From Rhodothermales bacterium (lineage in GTDB: Bacteria > Bacteroidota > Rhodothermia > Rhodothermales > UBA10348), in NCBI GenBank assembly GCA_017859335.1, contig JAFMNH010000001.1, positions 1 through 62,800 of the forward strand: DNA of 62,800 bases, written 5' to 3'. The notes below the pieces were generated by a model, which was given only the letters and a program-made list of their open reading frames with translations, searched no databases and was not told the DNA's origin. Numbering within the stretch: position 1 is the stretch's first letter; each line of letters begins with the position of its first letter. Both the position numbers and the translations under genes were made by a program. This document shows positions 45,324-55,210 of this stretch, piece after piece.

Positions 45324-47672
45324 TCAGCCGGCCAGGTCGGCGGGAAGATATCGTGGGAAAAGATAGAAGGTGGGACGTAAATGGGGGAGACGGTAGCGGG
45401 GATGCCAGCCATTTGCCTGAATGCGCAGTGTGGAAACCGGCTGTGAGGGTAACACATCATCGGAGAGTATCTGCTGTAGTTCCTCGGAAATGCTGCGGAA
45501 CCCACCTGGGAAAACGGCCGGCAGGCCCTTGGCATGCAGGTGGGACAGCATCTCGGCATTGAAAAGCGCAGCTCCTCCTATAGCCCCCTTCCCATGGGTC
45601 ATGCGTGCCGCCGTCGAAAACGTGATCGATGCCTCTTCCGAGCGGTTCAACAGCGAGTAGGCTACGCCCAGATTGTAATGAAGCAGCGCCGAATCGGGGT
45701 GCTGTTTCAGCCCCTGCTTGATCGTGTCGAGCGCGCGCTCATCCTGCCCCATGCGTAGCGCAGCACCGCTCACTGCTGCATAGGCATAGTCCATGTGCCC
45801 ATGCGCCGGAAGGTCTTTCCCGGAAAGGGCCAGAGCAGATGCTTCCTGCCCGCACAGCAGATACAGGATTTGCCCCTGAACGCTCAGCACCGTATCCCTG
45901 TCCTCCGGCTTGATACGTTTCCACGCTTCCAGCGCTTCATCAAGACGCTTCAAATCCACGAGGATCTGTGCTCGCATGCGCAGTGCCTCTTCCTCTACCT
46001 CAGGACCGCTCATCTCGTCGAGTCGGGCCAGAGCAAGGCCCGCTTGCCCCGAACGAGCCAACGCCTCGATCCAGGCCAGGTGATGGCGCGGCTGCAAATC
46101 GCCTGCGCGGTCCAGTTGTCGGAACAGTGAGAGCGCTCGTTTATAGCGACCAAGACGGACCAGGCAGATGACCTGACCCCGGGCAGCAGGTGTATGAAGG
46201 GGGTTGATGGAAAGGGCCCGTTCGAACAGCTTAAGCGCATCGCTGACCTCTCCCATGCTGGCCAGCAAGGCCGCCTTGGCTGTCAGACTCTCCACATCTC
46301 CCGGCGCCAGTGCCAGTGCCTCCTCCAAGCTTTCCATGGCCTCTTCGTACGTGCCCATGGAGCGGAGCAGTACGCCCCGATGTACCCAGGATTGAGGCAG
46401 TGACGGATCCAATTCGACAGCACGATCGAACAAGTCCAGTGCCATGCGATGGTAGCCTCTCATGTACATACATCGTGCTTTACCCACATGGGCTTCGGCA
46501 TGATCGGGCTGGGATTCAAGCAGGGATTCGTAGACGGGTTGCGCACTCGCTGGTTGGCCCAGGGCCAGCAGGGCGTCTGCTTTACCCAACAAGCTGAGTT
46601 CATCCGAGGGATCGCCCTCGAGTGCGCGACTGAAGGCGTGGATGGCTTGGGGATACCTGCCGATACGGGCCAGGCTCCTACCTCGCGAGAGCCATCCTTT
46701 TGGGGATAGCGGGCGAACGACAGGCGGTGGTACCAAGGAAAAGCCCTGTTCACGCTGCACCTGTTCGAGATCCGCCCGAAGCGCTGCAAAATTTGGATAC
46801 CGTCCGTCGGGTTCCGTAGCCATACAGCGCCGCAGCACGTGATCGAGCGGCGTTCCCAGCTTGGGCACTTCAAAGCGTCGGTGAGCCTTTTCCATCTCAT
46901 TCCAGAACCGAAGTCGGCTCTCCAACGTCGTTTCAGTTGGCCACGCAAGGGTAACCGGCAACTGCCCGGTCATGGCTTGATACAGGATGACACCAACCGC
47001 ATAGATGTCCGAGCGGGCGTCGCAGGTAGCCGCATTTTCAAACTGCTCGGGTGGCATGTGGGTGGGCGTTCCAAAGCCGATTCCGTGCATGGTTTGCCCC
47101 CGGAAGAGTTTTTTATTCTCTTCAAGACGCGTGTCAGGCGTTTCTCCCAAACTTGCCACGGGCTGTGTGGCCAGGCCGAAATCATTGATTTTGACATCGC
47201 CTGCCTCGTTGATCATGACGTTGGCAGGCTTGAGATCCCGGTGGGCACGAATCCCCCTCAATCCGGCATACTCCATACCGTGGCTCAGTTGAACACCCCA
47301 GCGCAGCCACTGATCAAGCCCCGGAGAGGCATTCTTCAGAATCTTATCCAGATCGTTGTACCCCAGGGGTCCGGCCGAAATAAGCTCCATCCCCACGTAG
47401 AGACGCCCGTCGATTTCATCGGCAAAGTAGGCCTGTACCAGGTATGGATGGGCTCCGAGTGCAATCCAGATCTCAGACTCCTGGCGAAAGCGTGTGATGG
47501 CACGACGATCCAGGGACGACTTCAGGTAGGTCTTCAGGGCGAACTCGCGACCATGTTCGAGCGATCGGGCATGATAGACCACCCCGAAGCCACCCTTCCC
47601 GAGGATGCTCATCACCTCGTATCGATTGCCGATCCGATCGCCTGGTCGGACAGTATCCTGGTCGTTGGCCAT
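45324..47672 (-). CDS. Hanks-type Ser/Thr protein kinase with C-terminal TPR-repeat region
   Basis: GKGGFGVVY, ALK, HRDLKPANVMI, DFGLAT and GTPTHMPPEQ, followed by a long series of TPR-like repeats (..ALALGQPASAQPVYESLL.., ..GRYKRALSLF..). The ATG at 47672 is preferred (alternative 47696). Confidence 0.9.
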   Translation of the reverse strand: MANDQDTVRPGDRIGNRYEVMSILGKGGFGVVYHARSLEHGREFALKTYLKSSLDRRAITRFRQESEIWIALGAHPYLVQAYFADEIDGRLYVGMELISAGPLGYNDLDKILKNASPGLDQWLRWGVQLSHGMEYAGLRGIRAHRDLKPANVMINEAGDVKINDFGLATQPVASLGETPDTRLEENKKLFRGQTMHGIGFGTPTHMPPEQFENAATCDARSDIYAVGVILYQAMTGQLPVTLAWPTETTLESRLRFWNEMEKAHRRFEVPKLGTPLDHVLRRCMATEPDGRYPNFAALRADLEQVQREQGFSLVPPPVVRPLSPKGWLSRGRSLARIGRYPQAIHAFSRALEGDPSDELSLLGKADALLALGQPASAQPVYESLLESQPDHAEAHVGKARCMYMRGYHRMALDLFDRAVELDPSLPQSWVHRGVLLRSMGTYEEAMESLEEALALAPGDVESLTAKAALLASMGEVSDALKLFERALSINPLHTPAARGQVICLVRLGRYKRALSLFRQLDRAGDLQPRHHLAWIEALARSGQAGLALARLDEMSGPEVEEEALRMRAQILVDLKRLDEALEAWKRIKPEDRDTVLSVQGQILYLLCGQEASALALSGKDLPAHGHMDYAYAAVSGAALRMGQDERALDTIKQGLKQHPDSALLHYNLGVAYSLLNRSEEASITFSTAARMTHGKGAIGGAALFNAEMLSHLHAKGLPAVFPGGFRSISEELQQILSDDVLPSQPVSTLRIQANGWHPRYRLPHLRPTFYLFPRYLPADLAG

Positions 47673-47685
47673 GGCTCGATCTCGA

Positions 47686-49308
47686 CTACCAATCACCCCC
47701 CATCAGCTCGTCGAAATCCGAGTCTGAAAGGGTGTCACCGGTATGGAACAGTGTGGCATCAGGGGCCTGCGTGGAGTCAGGCGAGACCGTGCTACTGCCG
47801 GGTACCTCGGTCTGGTCACCCATCTTGAGACCAATGGCGTTCATGAGCTGATTGGTGGTGTAGGGCTTGTGCAACATGGTGATCCCTTCCCTGTCCATTT
47901 CAGCCAGCACGGTACCGTCGCGGTTGTGGTCCTCTTCAGAAAGTCCGGAGACAGCAACGACGGGCAGATCGGCACGCACCTCGCGCATGTTTCGAACCAT
48001 CGTGGGGCCATCCATGACAGGCATGTTGATATCCGTGATCACCAAGTCGATCGCCTGGGGATTCTTCAGGAAAATATCGAGGCCTGCCTGTCCGTGCGAC
48101 GCTGTTAGGGTCGTATGGCCGAACGATTCCAGGAGGTCGGCATTCATTTCAAGCATCATGGGTTCATCGTCGACTACGAGAATGCTGTAGGTGTTCTTTC
48201 CTGGGACGGCTTCCGCGAGCGGCACTGTATCCTCGGCTGTCGCATCAGGAGTGGTGGCCTGAGGCAGGTATATGGAGAAGCAACTTCCTTTCCCGGGCTC
48301 GGAGGTGGCCGAGAGAAATCCGTCGTGGCCTTTTGCGATGGCCAAGGTTGTGGATAGTCCAAGCCCTGAGCTCTGCCCACGCTGATGGGTCGAGAAAAAC
48401 GGTTCGAAGATGCGCTCCATCGTATCAGGCATCATTCCGCAGCCGTCGTCCGTCACGGAAATACGCACAAAGTCCCCATCGCGTGCATCTGGCGACAGTG
48501 CCGCTGCTTCCTCTGCCGTCAGGCTTATTCCTTCCATGTCGACGGTTATGGACCCGGCTCCTTGCAAGGCATCGCGGGCATTGACCATCAGATTCAGGAC
48601 AGCCTGTCGTATCTGGGAGGCATCTCCGAGGAGAAGGGGAAGATCACGCGGAAACGACCCTTCGACGGCCATCTGTCGCGAGAAGGTCGACTGCGCGAAT
48701 TCAACCAGCTCCTTCATGACATGGCGGATCTGAACCGGGATTTTTTCGCCTGTAGTGCCCCGGGAAAAATCGAGTACCTGTTTGACGATATCAGCGCCCC
48801 TTCGTGCGCTCTGCTCGATCCCTTCGATCTTTTTGAGGGCCCACGGATCGTCAATGCGACGGCGCATCATTTCGGCGCCCAGAATGATCGGTCCCAGGAC
48901 ATTGTTGATGTCATGCGCCACACCACCTGCCAGCGTCCCGATGGACTCCATACGTTGGGCACGAATCATCTGCTCATGGGCCATGTTGCCCTCGAGGACA
49001 TCGTACTCCAGGATGAAAAAGGCTGTTAGACTGCCGTCGGCACCTTTCAATGCACTCCAGCGGCTGGCCAAGCTACTGGTACTGTCGTGGGCATCCTTGC
49101 GTGCAAGGATGCCCACCCACTGTCCGGCCTGGCGGGTCGTTTTGGCCGCTTCGGAGAGATCCTCTGTCTCCCCGGGAGCCAACGGGAAATCCGAAGGAGA
49201 CCAGCCAAACACAGCACATGCATGGTCGGTTGCCCACGTTACACGCAGGTCCGCATCCCGAACATGGATACATTCCGGCAATCCTTTCAATAGGGAGAGT
49301 TCATCCAT
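47686..49308 (-). CDS. Hybrid sensor histidine kinase (PAS - HisKA - HATPase_c - REC)
   Basis: N-terminal PAS-like domain. H-box LAGGVAHDINNVL, N box LMVNARDA, G boxes DDGCGM and GLGLST. C-terminal REC (ILVVDDEP...LVITDINMPVMDG). Confidence 0.9.
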   Translation of the reverse strand: MDELSLLKGLPECIHVRDADLRVTWATDHACAVFGWSPSDFPLAPGETEDLSEAAKTTRQAGQWVGILARKDAHDSTSSLASRWSALKGADGSLTAFFILEYDVLEGNMAHEQMIRAQRMESIGTLAGGVAHDINNVLGPIILGAEMMRRRIDDPWALKKIEGIEQSARRGADIVKQVLDFSRGTTGEKIPVQIRHVMKELVEFAQSTFSRQMAVEGSFPRDLPLLLGDASQIRQAVLNLMVNARDALQGAGSITVDMEGISLTAEEAAALSPDARDGDFVRISVTDDGCGMMPDTMERIFEPFFSTHQRGQSSGLGLSTTLAIAKGHDGFLSATSEPGKGSCFSIYLPQATTPDATAEDTVPLAEAVPGKNTYSILVVDDEPMMLEMNADLLESFGHTTLTASHGQAGLDIFLKNPQAIDLVITDINMPVMDGPTMVRNMREVRADLPVVAVSGLSEEDHNRDGTVLAEMDREGITMLHKPYTTNQLMNAIGLKMGDQTEVPGSSTVSPDSTQAPDATLFHTGDTLSDSDFDELMGGDW

Positions 49309-49482
49309 GGGCGGGGCGGGTGGTTTCTGCAGGATGTCGTAAACGACGAGACCGTCATGGGTTCCAACAGCCGCTCAAAACGGCGGTATTCATGGCTTTT
49401 GAGGTGGAATCTCCCGTTATTGTCACTCCCTCCTTTTGTTCATAGATGGATGCCCTGAAAGGGCTCTGATACACGGACTGTA

Positions 49483-52400
49483 ATGGCTTCTATCCGCTTC
49501 AAATTGTTGCGCACAACGCTGATCCCGACCATTACCTCGGCGGTGTTGGCCATTGTCGTTATAGGTCTGCTCAATCGTAGTTCCCGTCACAATCAGGGAG
49601 ACCGCGGGCTTGTGGATGCAACCCATCAGATGTCCGAGGAAATTGATGCGTCCATGCGGGAGGTGATGGCCTCGGTCCGGACGGTGTCGGACATCATCTC
49701 AAGCATGGCTTCCAATCAGATCATGACCCTGGGTACGGAGTCTTTGCTGGAGGACCTCATCCTTCAAAACGAGATGGTCTTGGCAGGGAGCATCGATTTT
49801 CATGGTTCGTCTGCCAAGAGCGGAAACCATCACTACATCGACCACGTCATCCAGGAAGCGGCCCAAAAGGACTCTTCCCTTACGATCTATGAGAGCCGAC
49901 GTGAGGATTTTCCAGTCGGATTGCGGGATATCTACGATCAGTTGAATGAAGGGGCCCTTGCAGCGTGGTCGGAGCCCTATTACGATGACAGGGTGGTCAG
50001 ATCGAATGTGATTACATACGGCATGATGCTGGCCGGTGATGACGATCAAGCCATCGGGGTGCTCACTGTCAGCCTGGCTCCCGAAACAATGCGCCCCCTT
50101 ATTGAACGTGCCACCCGGAATGCTCAGCGACGGATACCGGTTTCGCAAGGGCCTGCCTTCGAGGCCACCCTCCTCTCCTCTGATGGGAAGATCATCTATA
50201 GCCCGATCCCGGACCTGATTGGTCAGGACATGGCCAGCTCTTCTCTCGCATACATCCCTTCTGATATTCGCGAGAAGCTGCCTGATATGCTTTCCGAGGC
50301 CGCGGCACCAGCGTTGCAGCATGAGTGGCGGGAGGATGAATCGAGCCACATTGTTGCTGCATTATCGCCCATGAGGGGGACTAAATGGTGGCTGGTTGTC
50401 GAGGCAGATCACGCGACGCTCTACAGTGTCGATGCCACCCTTCTTGCGGCCATGATCGGCGCGGTCCTCTTTTTCTTCGGGTTCATGGGACTGCTTCTCG
50501 GGCACAGCACCGAAACCGTCATAGATCCACTTCTGAGGCTTACGGCCGCCGTGCAGCGCGTGGGCAAGGGCGATCAGAACGTATCCTTGCCCAGGTCCGG
50601 GCCAAATGAGATCGGTATCCTGATCAAGGCCTTCGGATTGATGATTGAGCAGCTGGGCGAGCGTGAAGACCAATTGAATCAGCTTCGCGTCTCAGCCACA
50701 GCCGATATTGTGGAGCTACTGCCCGGAAAGAATTTTTTCTATCAGTCTTTTCCTGGAGACCAGCCCCGATACGTCAGTGGGCGGATTCATGACGTACTGG
50801 GCATTTCTCCTGACGAGTTCCTGGCGACCATTGATGATGCCGTTACGGATACCGGCCAGACAGTAGCAGAAAGAACATTGACGCTCATGGCGTCTGATCA
50901 GGACCGGGAAAGCCTGTCTTTGCGCTATGCCACGGCGCAGGGTGATGTGCACAACCTGGAAATTTCGCTGCTGGTGGTTCGCTCGTTGAATGGTGACGTG
51001 CAGTGTGTTGACGGTCTCGTGGTTGACATGACCAAGGTCGTGTCCGAGTCCGACAGGCTCTTGGCCTATCTCGATGGCTCGCCCGATGCCTTCCTCGTCG
51101 TATCGGCAACGGGTTTCATCCTGCAAGCCAATCAGGAAGCGGAAACGCTCTACGGGTACACCCGAGCAGAGCTCGAGAGCATGCCGTTCGAAAACCTCAT
51201 TCCAGAGGTTCACGTGCCTGCCTACGTGCAGGCCCGCAGTCGCCTTGTGGATGATGAAAAAGTTCACCACCTGAGTGCCTTCACTGGTATGCAAGCCACC
51301 ACAAAGGATGATCACCTGATCCCAGTGGATCTGATGATGAAGGCTGTGCAGACCGCAGATGGGCTGGTTGTGATCATCATCGCGCGTGACATGACCGAAT
51401 CGCTCAGTGCGCAACGCGGTCTGGAACAGGCCGAGACCTTCCTCAGACAGGTCATGGAGAGTTCCACGGCCGTTATTGCGGCCAAGGATCTCGAAGGGCA
51501 GTACACCTTGGTCAACCAGCGCTTCATGGATGTCCTCTCTTCGGGCATGGATCGCGAAGAGATCGTCGGATCCAAGGACAGCGATCTGTTTCCTCCGCGC
51601 ATCGCTCAAAAACTGAGGGAGGCTGATCTGCAGGTCATCGAAACCGGCAAGCTGGTTGAAGTGGAGGAAAAGGTGGTCGTCGACGGACAGCCCAGGGACT
51701 TCATCTCGATCAAGTTTCCCATTCGTGATGTGAATGACGTGATCACGGGTGTCTGTGGGATGTCCACCGATATCACGGAGATCAAGGAAACCGAACGTGC
51801 CCTGCTTGAGAGCAGAAATCAAATGCGCCGCGAAATGGATCTTCGGGAGCTCGTTCTCGAGGCGGCTTCCATCGGATTCTGGTCGTTCAACCTGGAGGAC
51901 CGCTCGTTGTATCGCGACACCAACTTACGCACCATTCTGGGTGTTGAATTGGACGACACGGCGCCCTGCAAGGATTGGCATGAGTTGGTCCATCCAGAGG
52001 ATATCGAACGGGTCGAAACCGACTTTCTGGGGGATCTTTTTGAGGACGGACTGCCGGATGTACCCAGATACCGCTCGTGTGAATATCGCATCATCCGTGA
52101 GGACACCGGGGATATACGATATGTCCGTGACACGTTGCGGACCACCGTTGGGGACGAGGGTCGCCTGGAGAGTGTTTTTGGCGTGGTGCGCGATATTACC
52201 GATCTGCGTGCGGAGCAGAACAAGTTGCGTCAGATCTTTGATGCGCCCATGGAGGGCTTTGGTTTCCTTTCGTCGACAGGTGAAATTCTGGAGGCCAGCA
52301 TCGGGTTGGCAGCCACGCTGGGCTATGAAGACCCGGATCAAATAGTGGGCACCTTCTTCACGCAGCATTCAGCAGAAGAGCAGGAAGGCGGAATCGACGC

Positions 52401-54057
52401 AGTCACCATGGGTCAGACCGTATACGCCCGAGCCATCGAGGGGGAAGATCAGCAATTCACATGGCTCATCAAGCGCAGTAATGACCAGGTAGTCAAACAT
52501 CTTGCTTCGCTGAACCGTGTGGAGTTCGACCGGGTGCCTGCCCTCTTGGTAACGCTGCGTGATGTTTCTGAATTGCAGGAGCTGATTGACCAGGCTGAAA
52601 TGGCCAGCCGAGCCAAGACGGTGTTCCTGGCCAATATGAGTCATGAAATCCGGACCCCGATGAATGCCATCCTCGGGTTTGCCGACTTGCTCTCCGAGCA
52701 GATAACTCATCCCGTCCACAGCCAGTACCTTGACACGATCCACAGCTCAGGTCGTGCGCTCCTTACGCTCATCAACGACATTCTGGATCTGTCCAAGGTG
52801 GAGGCGGGCAAGCTCAATCTTACCCCAACACCGACGAAACTTGTGACCATGGCCCGGGAAATCGAGCAGATCTTCCAGCACAAGGCTGGCCAGAAGGGAC
52901 TCGATCTGGTTCTGGAGATCGAGGAAGATTTCCCTGAAGCCGTGATGATCGACGAGGTTCGGATGCGGCAGATCCTTGTCAACCTCGTCGGAAATGCCAT
53001 CAAGTTCACTGAGGTCGGAACCATATCCCTGATTCTTGAGGCCAGTGTGTCGGACGCCGATCAGCTGACTGCGGACGTTACCTTCCGCGTCCGGGATACA
53101 GGGATCGGCATCCCAGAGGACGACCAGCAGCGTATCTTCTCGGTCTTCGAGCAGTCCGGGAAGTCGCATGAATCCATGGAAAGTGGTACCGGACTAGGTC
53201 TGGCCATCACGCGTCGACTTGTCCTCCTGATGAAGGGAACGATTCAGCTGCAGTCCAAAGTCGGCAAAGGCTCGGAGTTCATCGTTCGTATTCCAGGTCT
53301 CGAACGCATCGATGCCTCCATTGCCGGCAGCATAACAGCTCGGGAAACGGTCCCTGATGTGGCATTCGAACCGTCCAAGATCCTGGTCGTGGATGATATC
53401 CGGTCAAACAGGGACCTCATCAAGGGATATCTATCGGAGTATGGGTTTACCTTGTTACAGGCATCCAATGGCAAGCAGGCGCTCGATGTCATGCAGCAAA
53501 CCCGGCCTGATCTAGTCTTGCTCGACGTCAAGATGCCGGTCATGGATGGCATCGAAACGGCCCGCCGCATCACTCAGAACCCGGCCTGGTCTGATGTCGT
53601 TCTCGTTGCCCTCACGGCATCGACCTATGCCAAGAGCGAGGAAGAGATGCGGACCATGGTTGAGGCGTATCTGCGAAAGCCGGTCCCGAAACCGGAGTTG
53701 GTACGTACCCTGATGGAATTTCTTCCCCATAAGGACGTCGATCGTTCTGAAGATGAGCAGGCCGACTCCTCCACCGATCTTACTGGTGCCAAGGCAGCGC
53801 TCAGCGATGCCAAGCGTGCAGCCCTGCGGGAGCGTCTGGAGCAGGAACGCAGTCGGGTGGCCGAGATGATCGCATCGCAAACCATCAATGATGTGGAAGC
53901 CTTTGGTCAGGAAATGGCTGATCTCGGGGCCGAGCATGGATATGAACCCCTGCACCTATGGGGTGAGCGCCTGACCTCGCATGCCACCTTGTTCCAGATC
54001 GATCAAATGAACACCTCCTTGAACCGGTTTGAAACCCTTCTGAACGAACTGGACTGA
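49483..54057 (+). CDS. Giant (1524 aa) hybrid sensor histidine kinase: Cache-like periplasmic domain, TM/HAMP, multiple PAS, HisKA, HATPase_c, REC, helical tail
   Basis: N-terminal TM plus a Cache-like segment (AIGVLTVSLAPE). A second TM is followed by a HAMP-like stretch, then several PAS units. H-box FLANMSHEIRTPMNAILGF, N box LVGNAIKFT, G boxes DTGIGI and GTGLGLAI. REC (ILVVDDIRSN...LVLLDVKMPVMDG). Confidence 0.9.
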   Translation: MASIRFKLLRTTLIPTITSAVLAIVVIGLLNRSSRHNQGDRGLVDATHQMSEEIDASMREVMASVRTVSDIISSMASNQIMTLGTESLLEDLILQNEMVLAGSIDFHGSSAKSGNHHYIDHVIQEAAQKDSSLTIYESRREDFPVGLRDIYDQLNEGALAAWSEPYYDDRVVRSNVITYGMMLAGDDDQAIGVLTVSLAPETMRPLIERATRNAQRRIPVSQGPAFEATLLSSDGKIIYSPIPDLIGQDMASSSLAYIPSDIREKLPDMLSEAAAPALQHEWREDESSHIVAALSPMRGTKWWLVVEADHATLYSVDATLLAAMIGAVLFFFGFMGLLLGHSTETVIDPLLRLTAAVQRVGKGDQNVSLPRSGPNEIGILIKAFGLMIEQLGEREDQLNQLRVSATADIVELLPGKNFFYQSFPGDQPRYVSGRIHDVLGISPDEFLATIDDAVTDTGQTVAERTLTLMASDQDRESLSLRYATAQGDVHNLEISLLVVRSLNGDVQCVDGLVVDMTKVVSESDRLLAYLDGSPDAFLVVSATGFILQANQEAETLYGYTRAELESMPFENLIPEVHVPAYVQARSRLVDDEKVHHLSAFTGMQATTKDDHLIPVDLMMKAVQTADGLVVIIIARDMTESLSAQRGLEQAETFLRQVMESSTAVIAAKDLEGQYTLVNQRFMDVLSSGMDREEIVGSKDSDLFPPRIAQKLREADLQVIETGKLVEVEEKVVVDGQPRDFISIKFPIRDVNDVITGVCGMSTDITEIKETERALLESRNQMRREMDLRELVLEAASIGFWSFNLEDRSLYRDTNLRTILGVELDDTAPCKDWHELVHPEDIERVETDFLGDLFEDGLPDVPRYRSCEYRIIREDTGDIRYVRDTLRTTVGDEGRLESVFGVVRDITDLRAEQNKLRQIFDAPMEGFGFLSSTGEILEASIGLAATLGYEDPDQIVGTFFTQHSAEEQEGGIDAVTMGQTVYARAIEGEDQQFTWLIKRSNDQVVKHLASLNRVEFDRVPALLVTLRDVSELQELIDQAEMASRAKTVFLANMSHEIRTPMNAILGFADLLSEQITHPVHSQYLDTIHSSGRALLTLINDILDLSKVEAGKLNLTPTPTKLVTMAREIEQIFQHKAGQKGLDLVLEIEEDFPEAVMIDEVRMRQILVNLVGNAIKFTEVGTISLILEASVSDADQLTADVTFRVRDTGIGIPEDDQQRIFSVFEQSGKSHESMESGTGLGLAITRRLVLLMKGTIQLQSKVGKGSEFIVRIPGLERIDASIAGSITARETVPDVAFEPSKILVVDDIRSNRDLIKGYLSEYGFTLLQASNGKQALDVMQQTRPDLVLLDVKMPVMDGIETARRITQNPAWSDVVLVALTASTYAKSEEEMRTMVEAYLRKPVPKPELVRTLMEFLPHKDVDRSEDEQADSSTDLTGAKAALSDAKRAALRERLEQERSRVAEMIASQTINDVEAFGQEMADLGAEHGYEPLHLWGERLTSHATLFQIDQMNTSLNRFETLLNELD

Positions 54058-54058
54058 T

Positions 54059-55210
54059 ATGGATCCATCGCAAAAACGCATTCTCATCGTAGATGACACC
54101 CAGGAGAATATTCAGGTTCTCGGGGCAGTCCTAAAGCAGCAGGGATTCCTCATCAATGTGGCCATGGGGGGTCGACAAGCCCTTGAGAAGGTGAATCAGG
54201 TGCGTCCTGATCTCATTCTGCTGGATATCACCATGCCCGACCTGAATGGATTTGAGGTTTGTCAGGCACTCAAGGAAGATGGGGATTTGCGTGATGTACC
54301 CGTCATCTTCCTGTCCGCCTTGGCCGATCCGGCGGATATCTCCCATGCGTTCGATGTGGGTGGTGTGGATTACGTTGTGAAGCCTTTCAATGCCACCGAG
54401 TTGCTCCACCGCGTCCGGACACATCTTCGGATGCGCGAACTCCAGGAAAACCTTCAGAAGCGGGTCGAGGAGCTCGGAGATGCGGTGGACACTATCTCGC
54501 GCATGGCCCGTGAGAATGAGACCCTGCTTCGGCACGAGCTGTCCAACGCCATTGGTCCCATACAGGGCTATGTTGACATGATGGCCCGTGAGGTGGATGC
54601 GGATCGGGACGTGCGTCGCAACCAGATTCACCGCATAAGCCAAGGGGTGACGACGCTACAGGAGTTGCTTCATGCCATTCGGGACCTTCAGGCCATTGAG
54701 TATGGACGGACATCCCTGAACCAAACGCCTGTCGATCTTGTCGCCATGGTCAGGGAAGAGATTGCGGCACAGGAGGCCACCGCGGGCCGGAAGATATCCA
54801 TTGCATTTCGATCGCAATCCGAACAGGTCATTGTCGAGGCCGACACGATGTTCTTGCCCGGTGTCTTCAGGAATCTCATCAAGAATGCCGTGGAGCATGT
54901 TCAGGCGCTGGACCCCTCCGAGCAGAAGCTGTCGGTGGCCCTCGGCGAAGTGGACGATGGCGTGGGTATTGTCGTAGCCAACGGTGGCCCACCAATACCC
55001 GAGGAGCTACTACCCCACTTCTTCGAGAAATTCAATTCGACGAAAAAGGGGTCCGGTGGAACGGGTCTGGGTACATCCTATGCCTACACGGTAGTCACGG
55101 CCCACGGGGGGCGCATGTCGGTCAGCAGTTCAGCCGAAGAAGGTACGAGGGTTCGCGTTTGGCTTCCCAAAACGGCGCCCGTGGCCGATCACTCGTCGGA
55201 TCCCGCATAG
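54059..55210 (+). CDS. REC-domain histidine kinase (REC - DHp - HATPase_c)
   Basis: REC (ILIVDDTQEN...LILLDITMPDLNG...VKPFNATELL). H-box LLRHELSNAIGPIQGY has His present. N box LIKNAVEH and G2 GTGLGTSYA. This is a paralogue of the 41898-42992 protein. Confidence 0.9.
   Translation: MDPSQKRILIVDDTQENIQVLGAVLKQQGFLINVAMGGRQALEKVNQVRPDLILLDITMPDLNGFEVCQALKEDGDLRDVPVIFLSALADPADISHAFDVGGVDYVVKPFNATELLHRVRTHLRMRELQENLQKRVEELGDAVDTISRMARENETLLRHELSNAIGPIQGYVDMMAREVDADRDVRRNQIHRISQGVTTLQELLHAIRDLQAIEYGRTSLNQTPVDLVAMVREEIAAQEATAGRKISIAFRSQSEQVIVEADTMFLPGVFRNLIKNAVEHVQALDPSEQKLSVALGEVDDGVGIVVANGGPPIPEELLPHFFEKFNSTKKGSGGTGLGTSYAYTVVTAHGGRMSVSSSAEEGTRVRVWLPKTAPVADHSSDPA

Noticed and set aside
53700-54057. 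The C-terminal helical tail of the 1524-aa hybrid kinase, considered as an HPt domain.
   Set aside because: I could not find the HxxKG phospho-histidine motif. The best-aligned position reads EAFGQEMADLG, with no His. It is left unannotated pending a profile search.
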